Of a stretch of 64,000 bases of DNA, positions 61,527 to 64,000 are shown in pieces; position 1 is the first letter of the stretch; the number at the start of each line of letters is the position of its first letter. Source of the DNA: Cetorhinus maximus (Eukaryota); the NCBI RefSeq assembly GCF_964194155.1, contig NC_135899.1, positions 10,230,001-10,294,000 of the forward strand. Reading direction: 5' to 3'. The translations under genes were made by a program, and so were the position numbers. Below the pieces are notes generated by a model that worked only from the letters and a program-made list of their open reading frames with translations, had not been told where the DNA came from and searched no databases.

Positions 61527-63100
61527 ACCCACCCCCCACTTCTTGAATGGACAGGTTAAATTTGCTACTTTCAAATCTGTTGGAACCTTTCCAGAATAGA
61601 GCGCATTTTGGAAAATAAACACCAGCGTATCAACCATCTCATTAACCACCTCTTTTAAGACCCTAGGATGTAATCCATCAAGACCCGGAGACTTGCCAGC
61701 CTGCAGCTCCATCAATTTGCTCAGAACTATTTCCCTAGTGATTTCAACTTCACCAAATTCCTTTTCTCCTTTCGCCTCCTGATTTGCAGCTCTTACTGGA
61801 AAGTTTTTTGTATCTTCAATAATGAACACAGAAGCAAAATATTTGTTTATTTCTTCTGCTATTTCCTTATCATCTACTATTAGATCCCCACTGTTAGTCT
61901 CTTGAGGACCAACATTCACTTTCCTACTCTTTGAATTTTTAAATACCTGTAGAAACTCTTGCTATCCATTTTTAAATTTCTAGCTAGCGTCCTCTCATAA
62001 TCTAATTTATTTCTCCTGATTATCCTTTTAGACATTCTCTGCTATATATATTCTGTCCAACCATCTGTCCTGCCACTCATTTGGCGGAGTTATGTGCTTT
62101 TTCCTTAAGTTTGATGCTTTCCTTACATCTTTAGTTAACCACAGATGATGAGTCCTCCCCTTAGAATTTTTCTTTATAGTAGGAATGTACTTATTCTGAA
62201 TACTCTGATATATCCCCTTAAAGGCCTGCCACTGCTTCTCCATTGATCTGTCCTCTAGCCTAGTTTCCAAGTTCACTTCAGCTAGCTCAGCTTTCATCCC
62301 CACATAGTTCGTGTTATTTAAGTTGAAGATACTAGTCTTAGACCCGCTCTTCTCCATTTCAAACTGGATGTGAAATTCAATCATATTGTGGTCGCTGGCG
62401 TGCCTTTACTCTGAGGTCATTAACTAATCATGTCATGTTACACAGTAGCAAGCCTAATATTACCTGCTCTCTGGCTGATTCCAGAACAGGCTGCTCTAAT
62501 AAACTACCTCGAAAGCATTCCAAGAACTCCTCTTCCAGGCTACTACTGCCAATCTTATTTTGCCAATTTATGTGTATATTAAAATCACCCATGATTATTG
62601 CCATCACTTCATCACAAGCATACAATATTGTCTCTTCAATACTTTGCCCTACACTGTGGCTACTGTTAGGGGGCCTGTAGGCCACTCCTGCTAAACAGAT
62701 TATCCCCCTACTATTCCTCATCACCACCCAAACCTATTCTAGATCCTGACCTCCTGAACCAAGATCATCTTTAACTGTTGCACCAATGCCCTCTTTAATT
62801 AACAGTGCTACCCCTCCACCTTTACCTAGCTTCATATTCTTATTGAATGTCATGTACCCTTCAATATTAAGGACCCAACTGTTGTCACCCTGCAGCCACT
62901 TCTCCATAATTGATATCAGATCATATACATTTACTTCAATGTGCGCCATCAATTCATTTACCTCGTTATGGGTGCTACAGACATTCAGATAGAGAGCCTT
63001 TAGTTTTGCCTTTTTGCTACCGTTGTAATATCTAGTCTTGACTATTGATGTATTCTTGGGTTTTTTCTCTCTGTCCTTTCCTGCCATTCCTGACCCTCAT
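60104..63100 (-). mobile_element. CR1 LINE, near full-length decayed ORF2
   Basis: ALYLNV, MGDFNIH, SPGLDGLHPRVLKE, NYRPVSLT, QHGFVKGKSCLTNLLEFF, DFQKAFNKVPH, VRSDLIEV; (taagaacc)n tail; poly-C expansion 61496-61538. Confidence 0.94.
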
Positions 63101-63109
63101 TTCTCTGCG

Positions 63110-64000
63110 ACCTGAATATTCAGGTATACGTGAGCTTCAGGAAGGATAGGAAGCTGGGGAAAGGTGGTGGCGTAGCTCTGTTAATTGAAGATGGCATTAG
63201 TGTTGTGATGAGAGATGACCTTAGCTCTAAAATGTCAAGACATGGAATCAGTTTGGATGGATCTAAGAAAGTGCAAGGGGCAAAAAGCATTGTTGGGAGT
63301 TGTTTATAGAATACCGAATAACATTGATAATGTCAATCATAGAGTTGCATGGAACAAGGCTAATGCAGTAATCAAGGGAGATTTAAGTCTACGTATATAC
63401 TGGGTAAACATAATTAGTTCTTATGTTGTGGATGACGAATTCGAATGCATGCAAGACAGCTTTCTGGAGCAGTACATTGCAGAACCAACTAGTATCAAGG
63501 TATTTTAGGTCTAGCATTTTGCAATGAAAAATTGTTAATGAATAATCTTATTATAAAGGAGCCTTTGGGAAAGAATGACTATAATAAAATATAATTATAA
63601 AAAAAGATTTTAAGTGGTTTGGTTGAATCAGAAACTAGGGTCTTAAATCTAAGCAAAGAAAACTATGAAGTTATGAGGGGAAAATTTGCTATGGTGGATT
63701 AGGAAACTATGTTAAAAGATACTGTCGGCAGGCAATGGCTACCATTTAAAGAACTAATACATAAAGAAATCAAGGCTGTATTAGCTAAAAGGAAGAGATG
63801 TGCAAGGTTGCCAAAAAACGGTAAGCCTGATAATTGGAAGCATTTTAGAATTCTGCAAAGGAGGTCCAAGAAAAGTATTAAGAGAGTAAAAATAGGATAT
63901 GAGTGCAAATTAGCGAGAAACATAAACAAAAAGGATTGGAAAAAGGTTCCATAGTTCCACACAAAGTGATAAGATCACTAAAAACAAATGTGGGTCGATT
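63110..64000 (+). mobile_element. CR1 LINE APE fragment, head-to-head with the previous element, runs off window
   Basis: GKGGGVALLI, ESVW, LLGVVYR, DSFLEQY..EPT motifs. Confidence 0.88.

Noticed and set aside
61496-61538. Poly-G/C runs (also 24472-24493, 29313-29360) giving poly-Gly/Pro peptides
   Set aside because: Homopolymer expansions or base-calling artefacts within decayed repeats and introns
1-64000. CRISPR array, rRNA or bacterial operon
   Set aside because: No regularly spaced direct repeats, rRNA-like sequence or dense ORF structure

Overview
Vertebrate (non-microbial), repeat-dense genomic DNA. The repeat content and gene type point to a shark or other elasmobranch (inference). 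No intact protein-coding gene was found. The window is a decaying TRIM (RING-B-box-coiled-coil-PRY/SPRY; TRIM39/TRIM69/A33-like) gene cluster. It holds one six-exon + strand pseudogene (16895-31637) with four lesions and an AP-1/IRF motif just upstream, a second partial + copy (39176-41088, plus a 3' flank copy near 50890), an older minus-strand copy (57592-60040) and orphan PRY/SPRY scraps. These lie among many CR1 LINEs, Penelope-like elements carrying minimal hammerhead ribozyme motifs, solo LTRs, an RTE LINE, a Tx1 fragment and tRNA-derived SINEs. The most unusual signal is a CR1-clade LINE family whose 5' end, in four separate copies, is a tRNA-Thr-like Pol III promoter leading directly into the endonuclease-RT ORF, with no ORF1. 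Its sense strand is almost free of TTTT Pol III terminators, which suggests a Pol III-transcribed autonomous LINE with its own head-plus-tail SINE derivative. All coordinates were read by eye; repeat boundaries are approximate and family names come from recognised motifs, not database searches.
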